A DNA stretch of 64,000 bases, from assembly GCA_035221665.1 (NCBI GenBank), contig CM069141.1:66278001-66342000 (forward strand), given 5' to 3'. Of this stretch, positions 38,951-51,331 are shown piece after piece. Below the pieces are notes generated by a model. That model searched no databases. It worked only from the letters and a program-made list of their open reading frames with translations, and was not told where the DNA came from. Within the stretch, counting starts at the first letter, position 1. Every line of letters begins with the position of its first letter. Both the position numbers and the translations under genes were made by a program. This DNA comes from Okamejei kenojei (Eukaryota).

Positions 38951-40092
38951 CCATATATATATACGATCTATATATAGGGTATATGTGTATTTGTGAGTAT
39001 GTGTACTGTTTATATACACACGTTGAACTTGTTTTTTCTCTCTCTCGTTTATAATATTTACAGTGTACTATGTTTACATATTCTGCTGTGCTGCTGTAAG
39101 TAAGAATGTCATTGTTCTATCTGGGACATATGACAATACAACACTCTTGACTCTTGACACTTATTGTTTCACTCCCAATGCCTAAGTTCCACTGTTGTGA
39201 TGCTTCAGAGGTTCTTGATTTAAGTAAGTCATTCAGTGTCGAGCGCAAGTTAATTGAAACCGATGTGCTTTATTGGTGAATAATGCATGATAGGATTGGT
39301 TTGGGCACAAGGCCATCCATAATTGTTCATACACACCAGTGAGCTGAGTTTTGCTGTTGCATAATTCCTATGAGCATACAACATCAGGTTATGAAAAAAT
39401 TAATAGGCAAAGTTTAAATGATTGATGATTATCACAATTCTGCTATATGCATTTAGTAACTGTGCAACCCATTCATCTTACTGCTGCCCAAAAGCAATTT
39501 ATTATTTATTAATAATTTACATAAGGCACCAGAGTGTCACTGGTACTTAATGACATTCACTTAAAGGACCCTGTTGGTGTGACTTATTAAGTGCCAGAAA
39601 AATATATATTTACTTATTGAACCACCTCGTTGGTAATTAATTCTGCATTAATAGTGTGTCATGGACATGCGCATTAAAAAAGTTGAAAGCATATAGCTTT
39701 TGTCTCTATAATTTTGTTTCGTGCTTTGTGTTTTATGGGAGAATTACTGTATTTTCTGCCGAGAGATACCTATTATCGTGCCCCATTTTAGCAAAGGAGT
39801 AAGTGGCTGGAATACTTTCTGTAGAAATCAATCAATAATCATAGTGGAATATTGATCAATAACTGAAAGAAGAAAAACATACATTTGTATTATTTGCATT
39901 CTCTGGGCCCGTCTTATGAAATCTTCCTGACAGGCAGTCATTATTGGGAATAGGATATCCCACAAATATTCAATTAAATGGGCAGTCCTGCTCTATCCCC
40001 AAGTCAATAAAATACATGAAATGGATGGTCCTCTCTTCTCCTTCCTCGCTGCTAGTAATGCTTCTCTTCTTCCCATATAATATATTAAATGG

Positions 40093-40222
40093 GGGGTTAC
40101 ACAAAAAGCTGGAGAAACTCAGCGGGTGCAGCAGCATCTAAGGAGCGAAGGAGATAGGCGACGTTTCGGGTCGAGACCCTTCTTCAGACAGGTCAGGGAT
40201 CAGGGAAACGAGAGATATAGAG
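40093..40222 (-). mobile_element. Mini-PLE hammerhead module with 13-bp TSD
   Basis: TSD atatattaaatgg at 40080-40092 and 40223-40235; core 40160-40187. Confidence 0.85.
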
Positions 40223-40747
40223 ATATATTAAATGGTTCACTTCCCACCCCAGACATGATGTTGAATTGGCAGCTCGCTCCCCATGTGAGATATCAATTGG
40301 ACAGCTTCCCTCGGCAAGCATTGAATGGATGACCCAACTGTTTGGCTTCCCGCCACATGTTCTTGGAAACTGTTACAAAACTGCACATTGATCCAAGCCA
40401 TTTCCTCTGTTCTCCTGTTTCCATTTTTATTGTAGTTACTCTGCTAAGTGGGATGACTCTCCCACTAGAAAATGTCCACTGTTCTGGATCTCACCTACAG
40501 TTAAGATACTTTGAAAGTTTAATGATTAGTTGACTCAACACAGATTTCAAAGTAGAAAATAATTTATACTTAATTCATGGTTCCTTTATTTTTGAGGGAT
40601 AGATCTTTGGGCAGTAACATAAGGAGCAGAATTGGCAGCCTTCTTAAACCTTCTGGTTGTACGTAAGTGGAGGCAAATAAGGGAATAGACATTCCATTCT
40701 TTCTTGCGTGCTATAAATGTGTAATGTAATGAAGTAGGCAGATGTAA

Positions 40748-41020
40748 CTTCTTAGGCCCCCTTCGGTCATGGCTGACCATGGGTGTCTCCAGAGTGCTAT
40801 TCCCTATATGGAGGACGCCTGTGCGTGACTTTGTTTAACGTGGGGAGACTGGTGCACAGCCAGACACCCCACGGTTCTTGACAGATTTGGGTCAGGATCC
40901 AGTGGCATGGAGTCCAAGACGACCGGAGACACTTTCTGCTGCAGCCTTCACTTGCCTCCCAGCCGTTGTGACGCTCCACTAAGATGTAACTGTACTTCTG
41001 ATATTCAGCTCCACTCAACC
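40748..41020 (-). mobile_element. RTE-type non-autonomous element
   Basis: Minus 3' end gaccgaagggggcctaagaag; body resembles RTE 5'-UTR. Confidence 0.45.
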
Positions 41021-42084
41021 TTTAACTAAGGCTCAATGCTGAACCTACATTTAGCACATGCCAGGAGCTTCAGTTTCTATTTCAGACAGTTCTGTAAACT
41101 GGGTTTCTAATTCATTATCTCCTCATTTACAACAAAGAACAAAATCTTACTTCTACTTTCTTTAGTTTAGTTTAGTTTAGTTTAGTTTTGTTTAGTTGAG
41201 AGATTCTCTTTTTTAAAACCTATTTTGCTCTTTTTCTCTCCCAGAAATGTGTTAACATTTTGAGTTCCTTGGTTCTTGTCGGGACAGTAAACTCATTGTT
41301 CGTGTAGCAACGAAGCTTTGACAGATGGATTTTTACACTATTGAATGTAATATTGAAGCTGCTGTTTGTGTACATGTATTTATTACTGAAGGTATCATAA
41401 TAAAGGTACAAAACATGTCTTTGGCACCATCAGAACTGCCTTTAATCTATTTATCAGTTTAATTGCTAGTAGTTTATATAATGTCAGACTAGTTACTATT
41501 GAATGCTTTTTTAAAAGGGGGAAATGATGACAGTTTTGGCTCATAGTTTTGATTTATAGTATGAATTGCTTTCTAAATGTCAGCTCGTCGGATCAGCCCA
41601 ATAACAAATGTGGCTTTAGTGCAAAGGTCTTTTGGATCTCCTATGTTTTCAGTGCAGTTACTAATCAAGCAGAACATTTGTCTGAATGAGCTGTATGCAT
41701 ATCTACATACCAGGAAGGGTGAATGGTATGTCTGGGAGGATGGTATCCAGGAAAGTTACACATAGAGGATACGAAAGTCATAACACACCTGCCCAGTTTG
41801 CATCTTTGGTACTTAGTTCTAGTTTTCTGATAATTACTCTACCCTTCATAAGTTCGTAAGTGAATCGAGCAGAATTATGCCATTCATCCCAAGTCTATTC
41901 CGGCATTCAATCATGGCTGATCTATCTCTCATTGCCTAAGGCAGAGATAGATAGAGTCTTGATAGATAGATACATTCTCCTGCCTAAGGCAGATATAGAT
42001 AGATTCTTGATTAGTTCGGGTGTCAGGGGTTATGGGGGTAGGAGAATGGGGTTAAGAGGGAGAGATAGATCAGCCACGGTTGAA

Positions 42085-42660
42085 TGAATGAATAAGTTTA
42101 TTGGCCAAGTATTCACATACAAAGAATTTGCCTTGTTGCTCTGCCCGCAAGTGACAACATGATATACAGTGATAGTTAGGAATGACACATTAAACATTAA
42201 ACATTAATAATAAAACATTATGAATTAAATAAAATACCAGAGCAAAAGGAGGCTTCAGATTTTTGGTTATTGAGTAGAGCTACTACTTGTGTAAAAACTC
42301 TGTTTTTATGTCTGGCTGTGGCAGCTTTGACAGTCCGGAGTCGCCTTCCAGCGGGAAGTGATTCAAAGAGTTTGTGGCCAGGGTGAGAGGGGTCAGAGAT
42401 GATCTTGCCCGCTTGCTTCCTGGCCTTTGCATTGTACAGTTCATCAATGGAGGGAAGGTTGCAGCCAATAACCTTCCCTGCTGATCGGACGATTCGCTGC
42501 AGCCTCCAGGTGTCGTGCTTGGTGGCTGAGCCGAACCAGACCATGATGGAGAAGGTGAGGACAGACTCTACGATGACCGTCATTGCCTGTGGCAGATTGT
42601 GCTTCCTCAGCTGCCGCAGGAAGTACATCCTCTGTAGTGCCTTTTGGTGGAGTAGACTTG
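42085..42660 (-). mobile_element. Rex1/Babar LINE 3' fragment
   Basis: ORF 42218-42628 YFLRQLRK...ESVLTFSIMVWFGSA...LQRIVRSA...IISDPSHPGHKLFESLPAGRR; aataaa followed by a ttca tail. Confidence 0.88.
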
Positions 42661-43444
42661 AGGTTGTCCATCCTCAGCTCCAGTTCTATAACGCGATCTG
42701 TAGGAACTGCAGAGAGATCCAAAGTGCTGGAGTAACTCGGCGGGTTAGGCAGCATTAGGAGCTGGATGCACCTCCCACAGATGTAGTGCGCAGGGACACT
42801 GGAAGCCGCCAGGATTTCCCAAATCTTGCAACTTCAGCAAACAAGTAACTCAACAGGAAACATATATGATTGTAAATTAATTTAATACACAAAATAAATA
42901 AATGTTTTTGACCAGTTCAGTGCCACCCCCGAGTATAGTGAAGGTCGTAGTGGAAAAAAAAAACTTGGCTGTGAACAGATTAAAGATTATGTATTATGTA
43001 TTATGATTTATTTTCTTATAAATCATATTACATACAAATAATATTTTAAAAATGTTTTAGGTACACGATAATGCCACTTGTCTATAGTCTGATCTATAGT
43101 GTATTCAACATGGTTCAGTATGGGTGCAGCCTACCCCAGCATTGAGAGCACCTGCTTGAGACACTGCTTCAGTAAGATGGTAGCTAGTATCTTCAAGGAT
43201 CCCCACCATCTGAACCATGTACTCTCCCCTCTGTTGTCACCCCACTGACCTGCACACCAATAATCCGAACTCAGCGATGCAGGCAGCCTCTTGCCCCACC
43301 ATGGATTTGTTTTCTAATTGTGTTTTTGCACTCGTGTCATGTTTATTTATATTTTCCTTTTCACCGTCTTGCTCAGTTTTGTGTATCTTTTGTTAATGCT
43401 TCTTCTCTGAGTCTTTGTGTCTGGGATGCTACTTCAAGTGAGAT

Positions 43445-43760
43445 TTTCTTTTAGATTTACTTTAGACTCAGCGCAGAAACAGGCCCCTTGGCCCAGCGAG
43501 TCCGCACCGACCAGCGATCCCCGCACATTAACACTATCCTACACACACTGGGGACAATTTTACATTTATACAGAGTCAATTAACCTACAAACCTGTACGT
43601 CTTTGGTGTGTGGGAGGAAACCGAAGATCTTGGAGAAAACCCACGCAGGTCGGGGGAGAACATTACAAACTCCATATAGACAGCACCCGTAGTCAGGATC
43701 TAATCCAAGTCTCTGGTGCTGTAAGGCAGCAACTCTACCGCTGCACCATCATGCCGCCCC
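43445..43760 (-). mobile_element. HE1 V-SINE, full length
   Basis: Minus ggggcggcatgatggtgcagcggtagagttgctgcc through ggcctgtttctgcgctg. Confidence 0.88.
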
Positions 43761-44105
43761 TTCTTTATACCTGTATCTTACCAGAGTTCTTTTTATGACA
43801 ATAAACACAATTTGACTTGAATGTATCCTGTAATCTGAATAACTTAGTCATGTGGAATTTTGGCTGGAGATCTTTACCTGTCCATGTTCAAACAGGACAT
43901 TTTCATGGACTTCAACCTTTGGATTCCCAGCTTGGAAGCTGTTGGTCTCACTTTCAGTTTAGTTTACTGTCACATGTACCGAGGTACAGTGAAAAGCTTT
44001 TGTTGCGTGCTATACAGTCAGCAGCCAGTATTGACCATCTCTGCTGCAAGGCATGAGGGAAGATATTCCTGATCTCTGATAAAAACATGCAAGTTTTTTT
44101 GATGT

Positions 44106-44274
44106 GTCGGAAAGAATTGCAGATGCTGGTTTAAATTGAATGAATGGTTGCCATTTCGGGTCGAGACCCTTCCTCAGTCTGAAGAAGGGTCTCGACCCGA
44201 AACGTCAACCATTCTTTCTCTCCAGAGATGCTGCCTGTCCCACTGATTTACTCCAGCATTTTGTGTCTAGCCAG
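44106..44274. mobile_element. Fold-back mini-PLE with head-to-head hammerhead cores
   Basis: TSD gtttttttgatgt at 44093-44105 and 44275-44287; plus core 44179-44206. Confidence 0.88.
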
Positions 44275-44596
44275 GTTTTTTTGATGTAAGGTTCTGGTGA
44301 ATTTGTGTCCCTCCTGATGTTCCAGGTTTAGTGAGGGACCATCATTATTGCATTCTGTCCATGTGTGGCTTTCTTACAGGTATCATCAGCAGGAAAGTAA
44401 AATGGCCATTTAATTATCTGTCCTAATCAATAAGCCAATCGTGACTAATTGCTCAGTTCATTCCCTCGTACAGAAAAATAATAGCGGGTCTCCATACAGA
44501 GAGGGTGGTAGACATCAGAGGGTTGTGGATGCTGGATCATTGAGGATATTTAAAGAGGAAGCAAATACATTTTGGAACTGTCAGGGAATTGAGGGA

Positions 44597-44781
44597 TAGA
44601 CACAAAATGCTAGATTCACTCAGCGGAACAAGCAAAACGAACGGGTGACGTTTCACACGGTCTCGACCCAAAATGTCACCGATTCCTTCTATCCAGAGTT
44701 GCTGCCTGTTCCGCTAAATTAATCCAGCATTTTGTGTACATCTTCTGTGTAAACCAGCATCTGCAGCTCCTTTCTACAAAT
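44597..44781. mobile_element. Fold-back mini-PLE
   Basis: TSD agggaattgaggga at 44583-44596 and 44782-44795. Confidence 0.85.
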
Positions 44782-45750
44782 AGGGAATTGAGGGAGACTG
44801 GAACAGACACAGAAGAGGAGATGAGCATAGAATAGATCAACTACCATCATATAGCTATATGGACGGGAAAGGAATGGAGGGTTATGGCCTGAGTGCAGGT
44901 AGATGGGACTAGATGAGAATAAGTGTTTGGCACGTACTAGAAGGGCCGAGATGGCCTGTTTCCGTGCAGTAATTGTTATATGGTTATATGGAAAGATAGG
45001 GCAGGTTTGAGGGGCGAAGCAGCCTAAACCTGCTCCTTTTATTACATTCTTTCCAGGTGTTAACACAGCTAGTCGTAGATAATGTATTGTATTTTGAGTA
45101 TTGTAACATAGAGGAACACAATAGACTGTCACCATCTTAATGCACAGATCCAAGACACATTAGACCGGCAAAATTAATTATCAGTATGGTAGCTGAATAT
45201 GTAAATATATGTTTTCTGGGATTTAATAAACTGTGACGGCAGAGTCCTTAATGTTAAACACTATGAATCCCATGTGATGGTCTGCTTCCGTCAGGCAGAA
45301 GGGTGAGTTTGTTGGGACTGAATGCTCTCTGTGAAGGCAGCTTCATTCCTGATTCTCTTAATCGATTAACTACTGTTTTTCACACAGCTGTTCTGCAGAT
45401 ATTCAGCATGAGCCAGCTGGGGTCATTGTAGAATTTACCGTGAGCTTTGTAAACAACATCCTGCTGCTGAGCATTTGCCATTTGCTACAAAGTTGGCTAA
45501 AGGCGACAGATTTATCAGGAAAACAATCTTTTCTGTTTTAGTAATTTTATTTCTATTATTGACCCAAAGTGCTGCACTTATTGTGCCACTGCTGGTTGTA
45601 ACTTTACTTAATCACCTTTATGAAGGCCTGCACAAACGGAGAGTAGAGATTCTTATCATTTTTTTAATCTGACCCTAGTCTTGGGTGTCGTCTGACCAGC
45701 TTGTGTGGAAGGGCTTGCGATCAGTAAGAAAATGAAGATGAGTAGACTGT

Positions 45751-45962
45751 CGGTGTAGGAAGGAACTGCAGATGCTGGTTTACCCCGAAGATAAACACAA
45801 AATGCTGGAGTAACTCAGCGGGACAGTCAGCATCTCTGGAGAGAAGGAATGCATGACGTTTTGGGTCGAGACCCTTCTTCAGACTGTCAACATCACCCGT
45901 TCCTTCTCTCCAGACATGCTGCTTGTCCCGCTGAGTTACTCCAGCATTTTGTGCCTATCTTC
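45751..45962. mobile_element. Fold-back mini-PLE
   Basis: TSD gagtagactgt / gagtatactgt at 45740-45750 and 45963-45973. Confidence 0.85.
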
Positions 45963-46719
45963 GAGTATACTGTATGTTGGGTCCATTAATTCCGCCTCTG
46001 CCAACAGGCTACAGGGAACCGCCAGCAAGTAGGAATAATATCAATGAGCACTCGAGGCTAGCATCGACATGGTGTGCTGAAGGGCTGAAGGGCCTGTTGT
46101 GTGCTCTATCACTTTGTGTATCTACCTCGTATCTAACTTTGTAGACTTTCTAGTTGAACCACTGTTGGTCCCTGTTTGATGTGGACATCTCTGCTTGGTA
46201 CCTGTGGAAGCTTTAATGCTTGATTGTACATCTCAACATTTGCTTAGGATTTTAAATTACGGACACTATCAGAGACAATCATGATCAAAAATGAGACCTG
46301 TTGCTCACCTCAAAATCCATGTTCCTTTGCATAAAATGAGTGCAATAATTGTACTGTCATTTTCCATGAACATTTCAGGCTGCTGCAAGGAAAATTGCTT
46401 ACAATTTTGTTGTAAATTTTGTTACAAAATGGCAACAAAGCTTTGGAGTAAACCTTTTATTCTGATCAGCTAAATCAAAGTGAGTGAATGAGGACGTTGA
46501 GTTTCACGTGACATGTGACAGAAGGCTCAGGATTGTACACATATCATGAGGTGTCACGATCCAATGCAGCTATCATCGGCACGGAACTGGCTGCCTGTTT
46601 CACTTCAACTTGTTTCCACATCACTACATTTAATTCTGGTGTTTTGATGAAAGGTTTTCAACCTGAAACCTTACCTCCAGATTCCTTCACGCAGATGTTG
46701 CATGACATGCTCAGTGTTT

Positions 46720-47246
46720 AGGAAGGGACTGCAGATGCTGGTTTAAACCGAAGATAGAAACAAATTGCTGGAGTAACCCCTGAAGCTGAGCACCTTCACT
46801 CAGTCCGTCTGGACCTACATGATCTCCCAGGTAGCCAAACACTTTAATTCCCCTTCCCATTCCCACACTGACCTTTCTGTCCTGGGCCTCCTCCATTGTC
46901 AGGGTGAGGCCAAATGCAAATTGGAGGAACAGCACCTCATATGTAGCTTGGGCAGTTTACAAGCTAGTGGTGTGAATATTGATTTCTCTAACTTCAAGTC
47001 ACCCTTGCAAGTTATACTAGCTTCAAAGTTGTCTTGTTGAGTCAAATTGTCAGCAACTCAGCTGTGTTTTCAATTAGCTCACAGCTAGCAATGGCCTGTT
47101 TCCCTGATCATCGTTACTTTTTTTTCATATCTTTCATTCATTTGTTCTATATCTCTCTATATCACCATCTATATCTCTTGTTTCCCTTTTCCCCTGACTC
47201 TCAGTCTGAAGAAGGGTCTTGACCGAAAACGTCACCTATTCCTTGC
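46720..47246 (+). mobile_element. PLE 3' fragment with inverted tail arm, nested in an older PLE module
   Basis: ORF 46819-47040 VAKHFNSPSHSHTDLSVLGLLHCQGEAKCKLEEQHLI; flanking cagtgttt duplication. Confidence 0.82.
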
Positions 47247-48072
47247 CCAGTGTTTCCAGTGTCATAGAGTCATAGAGTCACAGAGTGATACAGTTTGTAT
47301 CAAACTTCGGCCCAACTTGCCCACACCAGCCAACATGTCCGAGCTACACTAGTCCCACCTGCTCGCATTTGGTCCATGTCCCTCCAAACCTGCCCTAACC
47401 AGTTTTTTGGTGTTATTTCACATTTCCAGCATCTGCAGGTTTTTTGATCTTCACTAACATCCTGTAAATCATGCAAGAAATAGATGAGACCTGTTTCATT
47501 GATGCTCGTGGATGAAGGGGCAGTAGAGCGTGGTGGGGCAGGAGGATTACAATGTTTTGGCTCTTGGCACCTGAAGGCACAGCCACCAGTGTGGAGCTAA
47601 TAAATCAGGGATGCTTAAATGGGAAGAATTAGAGTAATAGAAATAAGATGGAAGGTTGTGTTGCTGAAAGAGATAACAGAGAGAGAATATAGAGGCCATG
47701 TAACGATGAGAAGATAGTATTGGGAATGTGGGATGGAGAGTCTGCCTGGCTTGATTTAAATGTAGTGAATTTGCAATTTGTTTAACCTATTGAATCAATA
47801 TGAATGAAAAACTGGGCAGTATCCAAAAAGGGCAGCCTATATATCTTGAGACAAACTTCAGGCAGTCGGGGACCTTATGTCTCTATGTTTCTATGTTTCT
47901 CCAGGTTAGAGTCCCGGCGGTTGGGCCAAAGTGGACGGGCCATGTTGCTGAGAACCAAGGGGGACCCGGTGTGTGGGGGGGGGGGGGGAGGAGGGTGGGG
48001 GGACGGGGGGGGGGGAGACGATGACACAAGGAGAGGATCCAACGTTATTTAGATAACATTTTGTATCTCTAA

Positions 48073-48300
48073 TGAGAGGGTGGCGAATTGGTAGAATTCT
48101 TTGCCACAGAAGGCTGTGGAGGCCAAGTCAGTGGATATTTTTAAGACAAAAATAAATAGATTCTTGATAAGTAAGGGTGTCGAGGGTTATGGGGAGAAGG
48201 CAGGAGAATGGGGTTCGGAGGGAGAGATAGATTGAATGGCGGGGTAGACTTGTTGGGCCGAATGGCCTAATTGTGCTCCTATCACTTATGAGCTTATGAC
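48073..48300 (+). mobile_element. CR1/HER1-like 3' fragment
   Basis: aattctttgccacagaaggctgtggaggcc...gggccgaatggcctaatt. Confidence 0.8.
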
Positions 48301-50549
48301 CTTTACTAAGTGCCACTGGTATCACAACAGGCTAGCAACACAAATGCTTGTACATGGCAGCAGTTAATATCTAGGCTTGCATATAAAGGGTGAATACCTA
48401 ACCAAGGTAATGAGTGGTGGTCAAGGTCTACATTCGAGATAATGAGAACTTAATGAGAAATTAAAGATAGGGAAAATAAAAAGATCTGGGTTCATTGTCC
48501 TTCACTTTGCATTTCTAAGTATAAAATAAATAACTAATTGAAATAATTGACTGAACTTGAGCTTGCAATGTACTTTGCAAGGTAATATAGAAAGAAAAAG
48601 TGCTTGTCTTTGGAAATGAGCAGAAGAGCTTGTTTAGAGCAGTGTCATGCATGTCAAGGACAATACATCAATAAGCACCAAGCTGAGATGCTTCAGACGT
48701 AATTTTGTTTGCGTCCTGTTATCCGGGAACTGGACACGAAACCAATAAATTGGTTCTCCAGGTCTTGGTCCCAGTGGGAGCCCAAGGCCCATGTTTTAAC
48801 GGGGATGTGCTTGGCATTGAGTTTTCTGAAGCTGTTTTAAAAGAAAAAAATTGAAATGGGAAAGAAAGGGACCGCTGACAGCATCATTGTGATTTTGGAC
48901 AGTTTAATTTATTGATGCCGGGAGGCATACGAATGATTGTAAAAGCAATGGTTAACAGCTGGAGTGTGGATGGGAGCCTGGAGATCACAGGTTGAGATTG
49001 GCTCTCAGCTTGGTTTTAAAGAGAAAGATGGAAATAAAAAATGATGTTCATGAGCGAAATAGTATAACCTGACCCCGAACAGGAGTGGCACTGCTTTCTG
49101 ACTGATTTGCTCTCAAAACACATTTTCCCAGGGAGAGTGGAAAGCACTTTTCTCAAAAGTAGGCTGAGGTGGCGGATTTTTATTCTTAAATTTTCTGCTG
49201 CTGTTGATTTCGGTCTCGGGTATTGTTATTAATGTTAACTCTCTGCTTCCAGCTGAGCAATGTGCCTTGCAGTATATTAAAAATATATATGCTTACACCT
49301 TGACACACTATTATTTTCAAACCTTGTTGCTCGATTGGAAACAATCAAAAAATAAAATTGTGTGGACGCATCCAACATAATTACCTTTAAACACATCCCA
49401 AACTATTGTCACTTGATCTGAGAAGTTTTCTGTGAAAGATTTGTTGAAACGCTTCAAGGTTGATTTAATTGGTTCTGATACAAAGTAAAAAGTCTCCTAA
49501 TTGCATCGCAATTATGATCTTTGATTAAATTATCTAGAACACTCAATTCATTAAAAGGCTGGTGTATACATGAAAGGGAATAGGCTGCAGATTTGGATTC
49601 AGTGATCCAAGCTTTATTAAGTGCAAGAAAGGAATACTTAATGTGATGCTATGATTTTGATTAATTCCTTTTTATGGTTAACTCTTTCGTAGAGGAACCT
49701 AATTTCCTTGCTAAATTTCTCTATGACAATTTTACTTTCAAGTGCCAAACTTTGAGCTAGTTGGCTTGTTTCCACTGATGTAACTCTTCTAATAGTTTCC
49801 CCCACATAAAACCTAGAGAAACAGGCACTAGAAATTTTAAACTGGACAAAAGGGGTTAAAATATTTTATACCGTTGACATGACTGCTTGGGACTCATGAC
49901 TGACTGGGTTTCAGTCTATCTTTCTTAATTTTTCCTGTAAGCTGCAATTGGCATTTTAATTTCGAAATTTGGATAATTCAAGGATTAGATCACCAACTGT
50001 TTTGGGGACCTGATAAACACTGAATGAGGTGGGATGCTGTAATCCAGGCTGGAAAAAGGGAAGCCAAAGAGACCGTGGAAAGCTGAACGGCAGAAGAGAA
50101 AATCAGTAGTTAAGTGGGGTCTGCTTGTAATACTAGAAATTCATTCTTAGTCAGACTTCCAGATGCAGAGTACAATGCTCTCCCCATATAGCATTCTTAC
50201 CTAATTGTCTTTTAAGTCTTGGGGCACATTGGCCTTCAGCCAGGTTTTGGGGATCTTGTGAAGTACAACACTGGAACAGGCCCTTCAGCCCATCGTGTCC
50301 GTGCTCATCAGCCATGATGCCTATTTAAACTAATCCCATGCCCCTCAATTCCCCACTTGTGCATGAATCTGTCAAAATGCCTCATAAATGCCACTATCAT
50401 ACCTCTTTCTATAGCCTTACCTGGCAGTGATTTCCAGTCACCAACCACTCTTGGTATAAACATTTCCTTTAGCATCTCCGTTGTCACCTTAACAAAGGTA
50501 TTTAACATTTCCATCCTGAGACAGAGACTCTAATTATTTACCCTATCTG

Positions 50550-51331
50550 TGTAAACATGCTCTTCGCAAGCTTACACCCCAGTCTACTTCAGTCAAAAAC
50601 CACCGAGTCAAGCACTGGAACAACTAAACTTTAATTTTGGATTGAACAACAAATTCCCCTATACAATACCTACACCACCACGGGTTCGATCCTTGTATCT
50701 GCCTGGCCAAGCCCTTCAGCCTCGTGCAAGCCGAAACACTTCAAAAAGTCACAAAGTCCCAAGCGAGCTTCCAGAAGATCGACTTTGATCTAAGATGGAG
50801 CCACCTTTTATAGGTCCACGAACATTGAGGGACCGAACTACATAGGGGTGGTCTCTTTACAATCCAATCAAAATTATGAATTACATCAGTACATGGTTGA
50901 CAGTTCCCCAAACCAATTACAGAGTCTCCCATACATTGTTTCTAGGAGAAGCTTCTGGAAGGAAGCTAACTTAATTGAATAATGCAAAATTTGCCCTGGA
51001 ATTCAAACAAACCTGCCAGCACTTAACACTTTTAACCAATCAACAAGCAGCAAGGTAACTGTCTCGCAACTTTATTTATGCTATTTACAATTAGTTTGCA
51101 GTAATCCAATCACATTAATGCATTTGTTTGTTTGCAGAGTTTTTATACGTTTTATCAATCCAGGGGAAATGAGGAGAACACCTGGATCTTTCACCCTTAC
51201 ATATCAATCTGATGCTCAGACTGGTCGGCGCCATCCACAGCCTGTAAATTTCCACAGAGAAAGGTTAAACAATTCTGACAAATGCAGGGATCCTCCATTT
51301 TATGGTGTCTTTAATTTGGTCAATATTAACA
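50550..51331 (-). mobile_element. Probable solo LTR inserted in a CR1 remnant
   Basis: TG...CA ends (tgtaaac / attaaca); tctg/tttg 4-bp flanks; minus-strand TATAAAA near 50810 and ATTAAA near 50632; CR1-like sequence resumes after it. Confidence 0.5.
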
